Source: a virus. From it: 64,000 nucleotides of DNA. Each line of letters starts with the position of its first letter. Positions within the stretch are counted from its first letter, which is position 1. Both the position numbers and the translations under genes were made by a program. The notes beneath the pieces were generated by a model that saw nothing but the letters and a program-made list of their open reading frames with translations, was not told the origin of the DNA and made no database searches. This document shows positions 30,873-41,400 of the stretch, one piece after another. The stretch spans positions 1 through 64,000 of the IMG/VR virus record IMGVR_UViG_3300032050_000061, one strand, 5' to 3'.

Positions 30873-32025
30873 AAAATTTATTTACCGTTTCTTTTAATTT
30901 AGGGGTTACTTCTACTTTTTTACCTTTTTCTTCTTTGTATGGATTGCCGATTTCGTAATCTATTCTAGTCTCTGCAATTTGAAAATATTCTTTTTCTCTT
31001 TCAATGCCAATGAAGTCAAATCCACCTCTTACTGCCGCTTTACCAGTTGAACCACTACCCATAAACGGGTCAAGAGTTGTTCCACCATTTGGTGTTACTA
31101 AACGGATTAGGTATAACATTAAATCAGTTGGTTTTACGGTTGGGTGTGTATTATCACCTCCTTCATTTCTATCACCCTTTGATGCTTTCGGGCAATAAAA
31201 GAAGCGTGATGCGGCTTCATATTGTTCATCTAATATCTTACCTGCTTCTTCATCAAAGATTACATTAGCAGGAAATCTACCAGTTGGATTATAGTTTTGT
31301 GGTTTTAACATTGAGTAATCGCCATAGATTTGGTTTGAACCCATTGTGCTACCGAAATCAGCGTGTTGGTTTTTGTTAATGCTCTCTGCTTTATCAGCTT
31401 CACTTACAAAATCAATTCTACTATCATCTATGTTTACACCACCGACACCCCATTCTAATACATTACCTGCTACGTTACCCTTGAAAGGTTTTCTTGCCAT
31501 TACTATTGGTTCGTGTGCGGGTTTTAATGCAGTTCCCCATCCCTCCCATTCGTTATTTATAATTTGTTGTGTAGTATCATTCTCTATATCTGAACTAAAC
31601 ATTCTACCTTTTTTATAATCAATTTGACCGGTTGGTTTATAATCGTTACCCATTCTTGCTTCACGTAAGGCCTTTGGATTTGATTTGCCGGTCTTTTCTA
31701 ATGCATCTACTGCTTTACCGATGTTATGTGATTTTGGAAACCCACTACCATATATCCACATAATCTGGTCTCTAATCTCAAACCCTGCATCTTCAATCCT
31801 TACTGCCATTCTGTGATAAGTTCTACTACCTGCGAATGATAATAAGTGTCCGCCTGGCTTTAATACCCTCATACACTCTTCCCATATAGCCTGTGAGGGA
31901 ACATCGTAATCCCATTTCTTTCCCATAAAGGAAAGTCCGTATGGTGGGTCTGTAACAATTGAATCAATAGAGTTATCTTCTAATTCTTTTAGTTTATCTA
32001 AACAATCTCCTAATAGTAATTTCAT
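30865..32025 (-). CDS. DNA N6-adenine/N4-cytosine methyltransferase, beta class
   Basis: TDPPY near the N-terminus, HPTVKP, DPFMGSGST near the C-terminus. Confidence 0.92.
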   Translation of the reverse strand: MKLLLGDCLDKLKELEDNSIDSIVTDPPYGLSFMGKKWDYDVPSQAIWEECMRVLKPGGHLLSFAGSRTYHRMAVRIEDAGFEIRDQIMWIYGSGFPKSHNIGKAVDALEKTGKSNPKALREARMGNDYKPTGQIDYKKGRMFSSDIENDTTQQIINNEWEGWGTALKPAHEPIVMARKPFKGNVAGNVLEWGVGGVNIDDSRIDFVSEADKAESINKNQHADFGSTMGSNQIYGDYSMLKPQNYNPTGRFPANVIFDEEAGKILDEQYEAASRFFYCPKASKGDRNEGGDNTHPTVKPTDLMLYLIRLVTPNGGTTLDPFMGSGSTGKAAVRGGFDFIGIEREKEYFQIAETRIDYEIGNPYKEEKGKKVEVTPKLKETVNKFFG

Positions 32026-32028
32026 AAC

Positions 32029-33390
32029 TTACCCCATATTATCTACATATTTTTTATGCAGTAGTTGTTTTTGTAAAAGTTCTCCATTCTTAGCTTCTTT
32101 ACTAGCGATGATTCCATTTGGAGAATTATTTGCATATACTTCTATAATACCTTTATTAGTGTTCATCTTTGCAGGAAATGTCATACCATCTTGCCCAAAT
32201 CGGTTTTTCATAATGTGAAAACGAGCCGTATCATTTAGTTTATCGGTATCCTTTCTACTAACTGATATAATTAAATCGGCATTCATTACCTTTGCGTATG
32301 AATCTGCAATCTTATCTGCCTGAATTACTTCGGAATCAATTGCACTTCTATTTGTTTGCGATGCAGTCCAAATTGGTATTTGATACTCACCACTTAAAGC
32401 TCTTAAATCAATATAAATCCCCCCCTGCTCAGCGTAATCAGAATTATTTTTTGAATTAGTTGATACCAATAAATCTGCATAATCTATAATAATTAAATCT
32501 GGTTGAAACTTTGTTTGCCTAACCATATCAACGTGCGCAGCAATTGTATTGGCGGTAATACCTTTTGGTGGATAGTATTTAATAATCAATCCTCCTTTTA
32601 GTTTATCTACCTTTTCTCTGATTTCATCTTTATGTTCTTTTAAATCAGCTGATGGTATAGATGTGAAAATAGTATCATATCTCTGCCCAACATAATTTTG
32701 TGTAAGTTCCAAAGTGTAATGTAATACATTTTTACCTTGTCTTACCGCTTCCGCTCCTATATGTGATAATACCCAAGTCTTACCAACACCGGAAGGTGCT
32801 ACAATAACTCCTAATTCACCTGGCCCCAATCCTCCATCGGTCAATTCATCAATAACATCCCAATTTGTAGCAACGGTTCTCCTATTTACTTCTTCAAAAC
32901 GAGCTTCAAGTTCTTCTTTATAATCCAATCCCAAATCAGCAGTCTGCCCAACTTTAACGGCATCCCTAACCATTTTTTCAATCTTTTCAAATTGACCGGT
33001 TTTTAATAATTCAACTGAATTTAGGATTACATTTTTAAAGTTTTGGTTTTTACAAAATGTTACAAATTCAGTTTTTACCCATTCTTTATCAGAATGTTGT
33101 GTGTTTTGATACACTGCCTTTAATTGCCCAACTACATTTTGTTGTAATGTATTATCGGATATTTTTTGAACTTCGGTTTTAAAGAAATCGGTAGTTGGAA
33201 TGTTTTTGTATTTGTGAAAATACTTCTTTGTTAAATCAACAATCCATTTATTCGTATCTGCTTCAAAATATTTTGTTTCTAATATATCGGATACTTGTTC
33301 TAAAAAAGTTCTATCAACAACTAAATTAGCTACAACCTTTGTTTGGTAACTTTGACCATATTTTGATAGATTATCTACAGCTTCACTCAT
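32029..33390 (-). CDS. dnaB: Replicative DnaB-like helicase (T4 gp41-like)
   Basis: APSGVGKT, IIDYADL, SQTNR, KNRFG. Confidence 0.92.
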   Translation of the reverse strand: MSEAVDNLSKYGQSYQTKVVANLVVDRTFLEQVSDILETKYFEADTNKWIVDLTKKYFHKYKNIPTTDFFKTEVQKISDNTLQQNVVGQLKAVYQNTQHSDKEWVKTEFVTFCKNQNFKNVILNSVELLKTGQFEKIEKMVRDAVKVGQTADLGLDYKEELEARFEEVNRRTVATNWDVIDELTDGGLGPGELGVIVAPSGVGKTWVLSHIGAEAVRQGKNVLHYTLELTQNYVGQRYDTIFTSIPSADLKEHKDEIREKVDKLKGGLIIKYYPPKGITANTIAAHVDMVRQTKFQPDLIIIDYADLLVSTNSKNNSDYAEQGGIYIDLRALSGEYQIPIWTASQTNRSAIDSEVIQADKIADSYAKVMNADLIISVSRKDTDKLNDTARFHIMKNRFGQDGMTFPAKMNTNKGIIEVYANNSPNGIIASKEAKNGELLQKQLLHKKYVDNMG

Positions 33391-33394
33391 AGAA

Positions 33395-33426
33395 CAAATA
33401 TAGAGTTTAAATTTTAAATTTCCAAA
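33395..33426 (-). promoter_or_regulatory. Bacteroidota-type promoter 4 nt upstream of the helicase ATG
   Basis: TTTGGA-N18-TATATTTG-TTCT-ATG. Confidence 0.75.
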
Positions 33427-34461
33427 TTATTTTAATATAAGATTTCCAAATGATGTTCTCAACCAATCATTAACATCTGTCCAATTTTGAAGTATCTTAT
33501 ATTTCATACCCATCCCGATAAATTTCATTTTATCTAATGGCTCAACGTCTTCTCTAAATCGTTCTACAATTTTTAATTTAGTTGTCCCACTTATATCCGG
33601 ATTATCTAATTGCATTAAATCAAAGTTTCTTTCAATAATGCTTTTGCTATCTATAATTGTTTGAAAAACTTTGTATTTATCTTTTTCAGCTTCCGCTGCG
33701 CTTAATAGTTCTTCTATTGTCACTCTCTTTTCACCTTCGAAAAGAGGTAATCTTTTTTGTAATGTTTTTAATCCACACCCCTTTACTCCATCTATATTAT
33801 CTGATTTATCGCCATCTAAAACCCTATACCAAATAAAGTTTTCAGGATGAATACCATATAATTCAACCAATCTTTCTTTTGTAATCCTTTCTTTTTTAAG
33901 TGGATTCCAAACATTTATATTATCGGAAACTAGTTGTAAAAAATCTTTATCAGATGAAAGTATCAATCCTTTTTCTTCTTCGGTTAAAACCTGCTTCGAT
34001 AAATAACCAATAACATCATCTGCTTCGATATTATCATAAACCATAGTTGTTACAGGTAAAATGCTTAATATATTACCTAACCAACTAATCTGTCGTTTCA
34101 AACTAATTTGTTCATCTTCTTCCGTCATCAAATCATCATACTGACGGTTTACTCTGAATTTTACTTTTCTATCCGCTTTGTAATTAGAAAAAGTTTGTCT
34201 TCTTTTTTGTGAACCACCTTTGCCATCAAATATAACAACCACTCTCGTTGGATTTTCATTACGAATTACCATACCTAATGATTTTAGAAACCCAACTACA
34301 CCACCTACATGCTCACCATCTTCATTCATTGTGGGGTTGGTGCTCCAACAACGAAAAAAAGTATTAAGGCCATCTACAAATAAAACTTTTGAATTTCGGG
34401 TTCTAATTATAGTATGCTCGTTACTTATTTCATTTAATAAACTTTTATATTTTTCGTTCAT
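33427..34461 (-). CDS. 5'-3' exonuclease / flap endonuclease (T4 RNase H-like)
   Basis: VDGLN, FDG, YKADR, EADD, SSDKDF, GDKSDNIDGV. Confidence 0.92.
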   Translation of the reverse strand: MNEKYKSLLNEISNEHTIIRTRNSKVLFVDGLNTFFRCWSTNPTMNEDGEHVGGVVGFLKSLGMVIRNENPTRVVVIFDGKGGSQKRRQTFSNYKADRKVKFRVNRQYDDLMTEEDEQISLKRQISWLGNILSILPVTTMVYDNIEADDVIGYLSKQVLTEEEKGLILSSDKDFLQLVSDNINVWNPLKKERITKERLVELYGIHPENFIWYRVLDGDKSDNIDGVKGCGLKTLQKRLPLFEGEKRVTIEELLSAAEAEKDKYKVFQTIIDSKSIIERNFDLMQLDNPDISGTTKLKIVERFREDVEPLDKMKFIGMGMKYKILQNWTDVNDWLRTSFGNLILK

Positions 34462-35168
34462 CTAAAATTGTTTTTGATTTGTTCAGCGATTCTATCTATT
34501 ACATCACGCGTAAAATGATGGTATTCATACTCACCAATTTCAAAATAGAATTTACTTGTTTTCAGCGTATCCGATTCATCAAAATTTAAAATATACTTTG
34601 ATAAATTAGTTTCATTTAATAACGAATGCAAACTTATTGATTCCCCATTATAATCCATATTCAAATTTTCTAATATAACAATTTTAAAATTTATTTCATT
34701 ATTATTTAAAAAATTTACAATATGGTTTAGTTGAGTAAAGAATTTGTAATAAAAATCAAATAAGTTTAATTGTATATTTTCAGCAAATACATTGAATGAT
34801 TGAATTTGCCTTTCGGTTAATTCATTTTGTAATCCATTATGGTAGTATTGTGGATGAAGAAAAAAATTATCTGAAACTGAATATAAACTCAATTCATGCA
34901 GATTTAATTCTTTGCTTTGCCTAACATCGATATATGAAAATCTATCTAAAAAAGATAATTGAAAAATTATATAATCACCTTTTTTATATTCACTCAAAAA
35001 TCTTAATAGATTTGTAAAAATATCTGGATTACTTAATCCAGAAATAGAATGATTTTTTTGTTCTAATGTTAAGTGATTAGCTACTCTATTATAGATAGAG
35101 AGAGGAGTTGAACCCCTCTCCCTATTATATGTTGAATATGAATCACCAAATACCCATAAGTTATTCAT
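34458..35168 (-). CDS. SGNH-like hypothetical protein
   Basis: VFGDSYS, SISGLSN, C-terminal His pair. Confidence 0.55.
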   Translation of the reverse strand: MNNLWVFGDSYSTYNRERGSTPLSIYNRVANHLTLEQKNHSISGLSNPDIFTNLLRFLSEYKKGDYIIFQLSFLDRFSYIDVRQSKELNLHELSLYSVSDNFFLHPQYYHNGLQNELTERQIQSFNVFAENIQLNLFDFYYKFFTQLNHIVNFLNNNEINFKIVILENLNMDYNGESISLHSLLNETNLSKYILNFDESDTLKTSKFYFEIGEYEYHHFTRDVIDRIAEQIKNNFR

Positions 35169-36286
35169 TATTCTACTTCATTCGGCAATGCACCATCAAC
35201 TTCCATATTATCGATATCATAAGTATCTTTCTTATATTGAAGAATTGTTAGTTCGCAAATTTTCTTGTAAATTTGTTCTCTCAATTCAACATTATCCATC
35301 ATCATCTTAATGAAATCTTTTGATTGAAATTTGATTATTTCACCGGTATCGGTATCAGTATATTCATACCAAGCACCACCTTGTTTAACTAATTTGTTTT
35401 CCTTCATTACTGTCAGCCAACTACCATAGTTATCAATACCTCTATCGAAGAAGATATCGAAATCAGCGGAACGCAATGGTGGCCCTAATCGGTTTTTAAC
35501 AACTTGTGCTCTCACCGATATACCTACCACTTTATCATTACCACCAACTTTCATTTTAATCTGACCAACGTTCTTCAATCTTAAACGAACCGATGCGTGG
35601 AATGCCAAAGCCTTACCACCACTCGTTGTCCAGGGGTCACCGAACATTACTCCTAACTTCTGTCTTAATTGGTTTGTGAAGATGACTGCGATTTTCTGTC
35701 TACCAATTGTATTAGTAATCTTTCTCATCGCTTTGGAAATGATAATTGCCTTATCAGTTGCGTAACCATCTTTATCATAATCCGATTCCATCTCTTTTTT
35801 AGTTGATGCCGCCGCTACTGAATCCACAACAATTGTAACCAATTTTTGTGCATCTTTTTCTCTAACCTTCTCAATAATAGTTTCAATTGTTTCAAATATA
35901 TCTTCAACTGTATCTACTGAAACATATAACAATTTGGATACATCTACTCCGATTGCATCAAAGAATTCTCTACTCACCGCAGTTTCAGTATCAATCAATA
36001 CTGCAATACCACCTTGCTTTTGAGTTTCCGCTAAAAGATGGGCAGAGAGTAATGATTTACCACTCTGCTCCAATCCCGTTAGTTCGGTAATTCTTCCAAC
36101 TGGAATACCACCATATGGTCGGTTAGAAATAGCAACATCTAACATAGCAGCTCCGGTGGATATCCAACCATTTACATTGGTTGGAGCTCCTTCGGAATCA
36201 TCATCTAAGAAAAAGGCGATTTTTTGGTCTTTTTGTTTTTTGTTCAGACTATCAACCAAAATGTCTGCTAAATCTGTTTTTGCCAT
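35168..36286 (-). CDS. recA: RecA/UvsX recombinase
   Basis: GLEQSGKS, DSVAA, NQLR, GGKALAFHASVR. Confidence 0.95.
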   Translation of the reverse strand: MAKTDLADILVDSLNKKQKDQKIAFFLDDDSEGAPTNVNGWISTGAAMLDVAISNRPYGGIPVGRITELTGLEQSGKSLLSAHLLAETQKQGGIAVLIDTETAVSREFFDAIGVDVSKLLYVSVDTVEDIFETIETIIEKVREKDAQKLVTIVVDSVAAASTKKEMESDYDKDGYATDKAIIISKAMRKITNTIGRQKIAVIFTNQLRQKLGVMFGDPWTTSGGKALAFHASVRLRLKNVGQIKMKVGGNDKVVGISVRAQVVKNRLGPPLRSADFDIFFDRGIDNYGSWLTVMKENKLVKQGGAWYEYTDTDTGEIIKFQSKDFIKMMMDNVELREQIYKKICELTILQYKKDTYDIDNMEVDGALPNEVE

Positions 36287-36294
36287 AATCTATA

Positions 36295-37176
36295 TTATTT
36301 GAATAAATCTTCGAATGCATCTGCTACTTGTTGAGTAGTTTTAGCTACCGCCGGTTTTTCATCATCCCACGGTAATTCAGATGTTTTAGGTTGTGCCTTT
36401 GGTGCTTCTACAACATCATCTAATTGATGAGGTTTAGAATCAAAATCAAACGAATCAGCAACTGATTGTTCAGATTTAGCTACAACCGTTTCCTGAGTTG
36501 CAGATGTTTCAGTATCATCAGTTGTGTTTCCACTTAACCAATTCTCTAAAATTTTCTTTAACTCATCATAAGATAATTCAGAATAAATAGATGTTATATC
36601 TTTTTGATTTTCCAACAACTCTCTAATTTTAGGATCTTCATCGTGCAATTTAGTAGAGTTAGGTTTTACTCTAATAGTTGTTGTTGGATACGATGCCCCA
36701 CCTTCTGGTGCAGTATAATCTACTACGATATCTCTACCATTTAATGGATGAGATAAATCACCATAATCAGGGTCTGCAAAATAACCTAATAATTCTTGAT
36801 AAACGGTTTTACCGAATCCCCAAAACTTAACTCCTTCATGCTCCAATCCTCTTACGATTACGGGTACAAAAGTTCTCAATTTTGGCTCCATCTTTTTAGC
36901 TTCTCGATAATCTTCTTTACCACCCATCCTTTTAAGTTTGTCTGCAAACTCTACGATTGGGTCAGGTCTTCCGAATGAAGCAGGTGAAAGATAGGATTTG
37001 TTGTTAATGTTGTAGTGAAAATACAATTCAATAAAAGGAATTTCCTTGTTGAATTTGTAAGGTACTAAACGTAATTGGTGTTTTCCGACTGAGGGTTTCC
37101 ATAGACTGTCGGCGGTCTTTTGAGTGCCTTGCAATTTGTTAAGGCGAGCTCTGATTGCATCAATGTTCGTTGACAT
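36295..37176 (-). CDS. Single-stranded DNA-binding protein (T4 gp32-like)
   Basis: LWKP, FIELYFHY, FWGFGK, GRDI, acidic tail ending AFEDLFK. Confidence 0.85.
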   Translation of the reverse strand: MSTNIDAIRARLNKLQGTQKTADSLWKPSVGKHQLRLVPYKFNKEIPFIELYFHYNINNKSYLSPASFGRPDPIVEFADKLKRMGGKEDYREAKKMEPKLRTFVPVIVRGLEHEGVKFWGFGKTVYQELLGYFADPDYGDLSHPLNGRDIVVDYTAPEGGASYPTTTIRVKPNSTKLHDEDPKIRELLENQKDITSIYSELSYDELKKILENWLSGNTTDDTETSATQETVVAKSEQSVADSFDFDSKPHQLDDVVEAPKAQPKTSELPWDDEKPAVAKTTQQVADAFEDLFK

Positions 37177-37254
37177 AATTTATAGTTTTTAAAGTTTAAA
37201 ATTTAAGTTTATGTGTTTTACGAATATAAATATTCGGAAATCAAAAACTTAGAA

Positions 37255-37286
37255 CAAATATATGAAATATCTTTCTAAGTTCCAAA
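37255..37286 (-). promoter_or_regulatory. Bacteroidota-type promoter for SSB
   Basis: TTTGGA-N18-TATATTTG. Confidence 0.75.
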
Positions 37287-37290
37287 TGTT

Positions 37291-37572
37291 TTAGGATTTT
37301 TTTACGGAATATTTTTTAGTTTCCTTTCTCCTCACCTTTACCTCTTTATACTTGTCAGCTAATCTCTTTTGTTCGTTGATTTTAGCTAATACCCAATAAC
37401 CATCCATATGATTTTCATAAAGTTCTTCCCAAAGGGTTAGGTTTTCAGAATAGGTATGTGGTTGAGATTGAGCCCACTTTTTAGCGGCATTAAAACCTTT
37501 TGGAGTTGCAGGAAATTCACCTTCTTTAAAAGGGAATAACCAATTGATAATTTGGCGTAACAGGCGTGTCAT
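37291..37572 (-). CDS. Hypothetical protein (start revised to ATG 37572)
   Basis: The ORF-track start (37611) lies upstream of the ATATTTATA motif at 37597-37605; MTRLLRQ... follows the motif. Confidence 0.55.
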   Translation of the reverse strand: MTRLLRQIINWLFPFKEGEFPATPKGFNAAKKWAQSQPHTYSENLTLWEELYENHMDGYWVLAKINEQKRLADKYKEVKVRRKETKKYSVKKS

Positions 37573-37642
37573 AAGATGGAGATAAGGAGATTCGCATATA
37601 AATATATACAAATATATTAAAACGATAATTTATTTTTTAATT

Positions 37643-38098
37643 TTACAAGTCAAAATATTCTACCACTATTCCCGCCTCTTTAAACATCTGCTCACTTCTT
37701 TTTGCGGAATCCTGCCACTTCTCATTTGTAGCTCCTCTACCCCTTCTCAACACTATTTTAGAAACACCACTATTGATAATCGCCCTCGCACAATCTGCAC
37801 AACTAATACCACACGTCATATACATTGTAGTTCCTAAAGTTGATACTCCTATTCGGGCTGCGTTGTAAATTGCATTTCTTTCAGCGTGTTCAAACCAAAA
37901 ATACTTTTCAGGTCTTTCCTGTCTTTCTGCAACATTATCATCTATACCTCGTGGAAATGAATTGTAACCGGTTGATACTATTTCATTATTCTTACCAACA
38001 ATAACCACACCAATTTGTGTTCGCTGGTCTTTTGATTTGAGCTTTACTTGCTCAGCTATATTAATGAAATACTCATCCCAATTCATTACTTCGCCCAT
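37643..38098 (-). CDS. dCMP deaminase
   Basis: GYNSFP, HAERNA, CADC. Confidence 0.92.
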   Translation of the reverse strand: MGEVMNWDEYFINIAEQVKLKSKDQRTQIGVVIVGKNNEIVSTGYNSFPRGIDDNVAERQERPEKYFWFEHAERNAIYNAARIGVSTLGTTMYMTCGISCADCARAIINSGVSKIVLRRGRGATNEKWQDSAKRSEQMFKEAGIVVEYFDL

Positions 38099-38439
38099 TT
38101 ACCTCTTTGAACTAATTGAGCGATTACACCATATACTGAAAGGTCTTCGTATGTATCTTGTATAGATTCTCCAACCTCATCTGGTTGTCCCAATACTACT
38201 AATTGTTTTAATCTTTGAACTTTATCGTTGATTCTAAACCAAAGACCTGTAAGTGAAAGTTTTATATCATCTTTTGTTTCCAAAGGTGTTCCTACCGAAA
38301 TGTTACCAGGTCCATAGTTTCTTTGCTTCTTACAAAAGGTTTCATACATTTCCGCTTGAATCTTTGCAAACTCTGCCATCGTTTCGGGATAAACTCTTTC
38401 GCAATACTCTCTTGCGGTTTCTTCGTGGATTTCTGTCAT
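38086..38439 (-). CDS. Nucleotide modification-associated domain 1 protein (Nmad1/DUF1599-like)
   Basis: KKQRNYG, RINDKVQRL, ESIQDTYEDLSVYG; start revised to ATG 38439. Confidence 0.75.
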   Translation of the reverse strand: MTEIHEETAREYCERVYPETMAEFAKIQAEMYETFCKKQRNYGPGNISVGTPLETKDDIKLSLTGLWFRINDKVQRLKQLVVLGQPDEVGESIQDTYEDLSVYGVIAQLVQRGKWAK

Positions 38440-38456
38440 TGTATATATTGTTTTCA

Positions 38457-38488
38457 CAAATATACGAAAAAATACTCAATTATCCAAA
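38457..38488 (-). promoter_or_regulatory. Bacteroidota-type promoter for Nmad1/dCMP deaminase
   Basis: TTTGGA-N18-TATATTTG. Confidence 0.75.
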
Positions 38489-38492
38489 TTAT

Positions 38493-41400
38493 TTACTTTA
38501 ATAATAATAAATTCTTTGGAGGCTCAGATTCAATATGAGATGGATTTTGGTTAGTTGGTGCAGCAGTTACACAATCATTTTCATCGGGGTCAGATGTGTC
38601 AAATCCAGGATTATGATGTGGATTCATAAAACAAGGTTTACTAACGCCATCGGCTATATCATCTCTAACTTTAGTAACAACACCTTCCTTATTTTGTGAT
38701 ACCTCTTCATTGAAATTACTGAATCGGGTATACAACATATCTCTATTATTAATTACCGCGGTCAAATGTAACATAGTATGATGTAATATAACTGCTTGCT
38801 CAAATGCTTCTCTATCAGCCCCCTCACACATTGCAACATTTTTCAATGCTCCACTTAAAGTGTTTTTCGCCTGTTTTTGCCCAATTAATCTTATCTTATC
38901 AGCCTCTTCCTGCGTAATTATGTTATTTTTTATCGCCCAATCAATCGTATCATTAAGACTTTTTTCAGCCGCAGCTATATCTTCTTTTTTAATGTTCAAT
39001 TGCCCCTTTTTATCCTTTGGATACGCTAATGAATATATAGATTGAATACCTAATAATTTTTCTTGTGTTTCAGGATTCTTATAAACTGTCTGCAAAATTT
39101 TTGAATAATTAGCAGAACCACCACCACCTTTATACTTAACACTCAATCCTCCAACGAATGTAACGGTAACGGCATAGAATTGTAAGTTCTCTGCAATAGC
39201 CTCTTCCATAGTTTGCCCATCTTTTGGCTTCACATTAAATTCATCTGGCATTACAATTATATCAGCAGTTTGAAAATTTTCTGATGCAGGGAAATAAACT
39301 TGCTTACCTTCTGATAAGAATTGTAATCCTGCTTTAATTTCCGCAAAATCTGCTACCGCATCTTTGAAATCTCTTGAATTTCCCATATCTACTAATAGTT
39401 GATTCAATAATTTCTTATACTCCTCTCTCGCGGTTTCATCGTTTTCTAAATCACTATTAGTATTTAATTCTTTTAATTTATTTAGAGTATCAAATACTTT
39501 TTTATTTTCAGGTGTATCTGGAAGATTTTCTTTACCAAACATTTTTCCATACTCTTCCAATTCAGTTGTAAAGCGTTTGATTGCACCATCTATTATATTA
39601 TTGGCGGTTTGTTTACGGCCTTCTGGATTTGTTACATCTCCGAAATTTGCCATAGGTATTTTACCTCCTGACTCTTCACCTATTTTGGCCAAATCACCTA
39701 ATTTCTGATTATAGGCCATTGTTTGTAACGCCAATAAACGGGCCTTTTTAGCAGCTTCCTGTTGAGTGAATCCTTGCTTAACTAATTGTTGTGTAAGGCT
39801 TTCTTCATCAATTTCTTTAAATCTTTTGAATTCCTTTCCACCAATATTGACTCCATTTTTTGTTGTTGAAATTTCAACCATCATTTCCGGCTCATCAGGA
39901 TTTACCGAACTCGCCATTTTCTTTGGATTCAATACCTTTTTACCAATAGCTCCTTCGGAAGATCTACCTACATTCAATCCATTTTTTAAAGCGAATGCCC
40001 TAACGGCTTCACCCATAGCTACATTCTTTTTCTTTAATTCAATACTCTTATATCCTTGTTGTGGATGCCTACCAGCTATTTTGTTAGCAACATATATTTT
40101 AACGTCACCAGATACAGTAGTAACAAATTTAAAGACTTGATTAAATGTTTCTTTTTCACCATCTGATAAATCTTCACCATTAAAAACCTTTTCTACTAAT
40201 GACTGTAAGACATCTTCTTCAATTGAAATAGGTTTCCCATCCTCACCAATTAAATTTAATTTACCATCAGTAAGCATTTGTGTAACCAATTTACTCAAAT
40301 CTTTTTTCTTCTTAGCAATAAATTCTTCACCCTTTTTTCCAGCGGTTGAACTTAATGCGGCTTTAAATGATTCGGGAGCTTCTGTTGTCACATCTTCCGC
40401 ATCCGCTTTTTGAGTTGCCTCAGGTTGATCCTCAACATCAATTGGTGTTACTCTAATTTCATCCCCACCAGGTAATTGCTTTGTAACAGTTTCTTCGAAC
40501 AATAGACCTATAAACTTTTCGTTTTGGTTTTCAAATACTTCTCTTACTACACTTTCTGATTTAACATATTGTGCAGGCCCATTAGGAGTATCTGAATAAT
40601 AGTTCCCCCCAATTGGATAAATTACTCCACCTTCTTTTTTGTTTGGTTCTTTTGGTTTTGGTTGCTCACCATCATTAGCATCTGCTTTCTTTGCTGCTAT
40701 ACCCTGCTCTTCCGCAAATTGGTTACACATTGGGATGGCATCTTTTATATCCATATCCACTACAATCACCTTCATATTGGCAGGTTTCCCAGCTTTAATA
40801 GCCGCAGATGTAACGGCTGCCCATCTATGGTGTCCATCGATTACGAATCCATCTCTACTTACATAAATTGGTGCAGTAATACCAGGATTTTGAGGGTCTT
40901 CTTCTAACGCCTTCGTCATTCCTGCTACTTTACTACCAACTAATTCACTTTGAGTTGCTTTTAATTTATCGGAAGGTAATTCGGTTTCAACGGTTTTAAT
41001 ACCCTTCTCCTTTAACATTTTTTTGAAAAGAGGTTCGGTATCTACTTCACCTTTACTATCTTTCGGAAGTTCTTCAGCGGGAGTTCCAGGTAAGGGTTTG
41101 CCTTTGAATTGTGGCATCTCTTCTCTCGGAATTCCTTGATTATCATCACAATATAAGTTTGTACCAGGAACTGTTACCTGGCAAAGGTTAAAATCTTCAC
41201 CCTTATTCGCTTTATCCGCCAACTCATCAATCTTCATAGAAATTTCTTCTCTCTTATCGGCAGGTATTTTATCTAAATCAGATTCTTTACTGAATACTTC
41301 TTTATCAGCATCGGGTAATTCTTTTTGTAAATTTCGTAAGGATTGGGGTTTAAAAGTTTCATCTTTTTTCTTATTTCTTTCTCTCCACATTCCAACGTGA

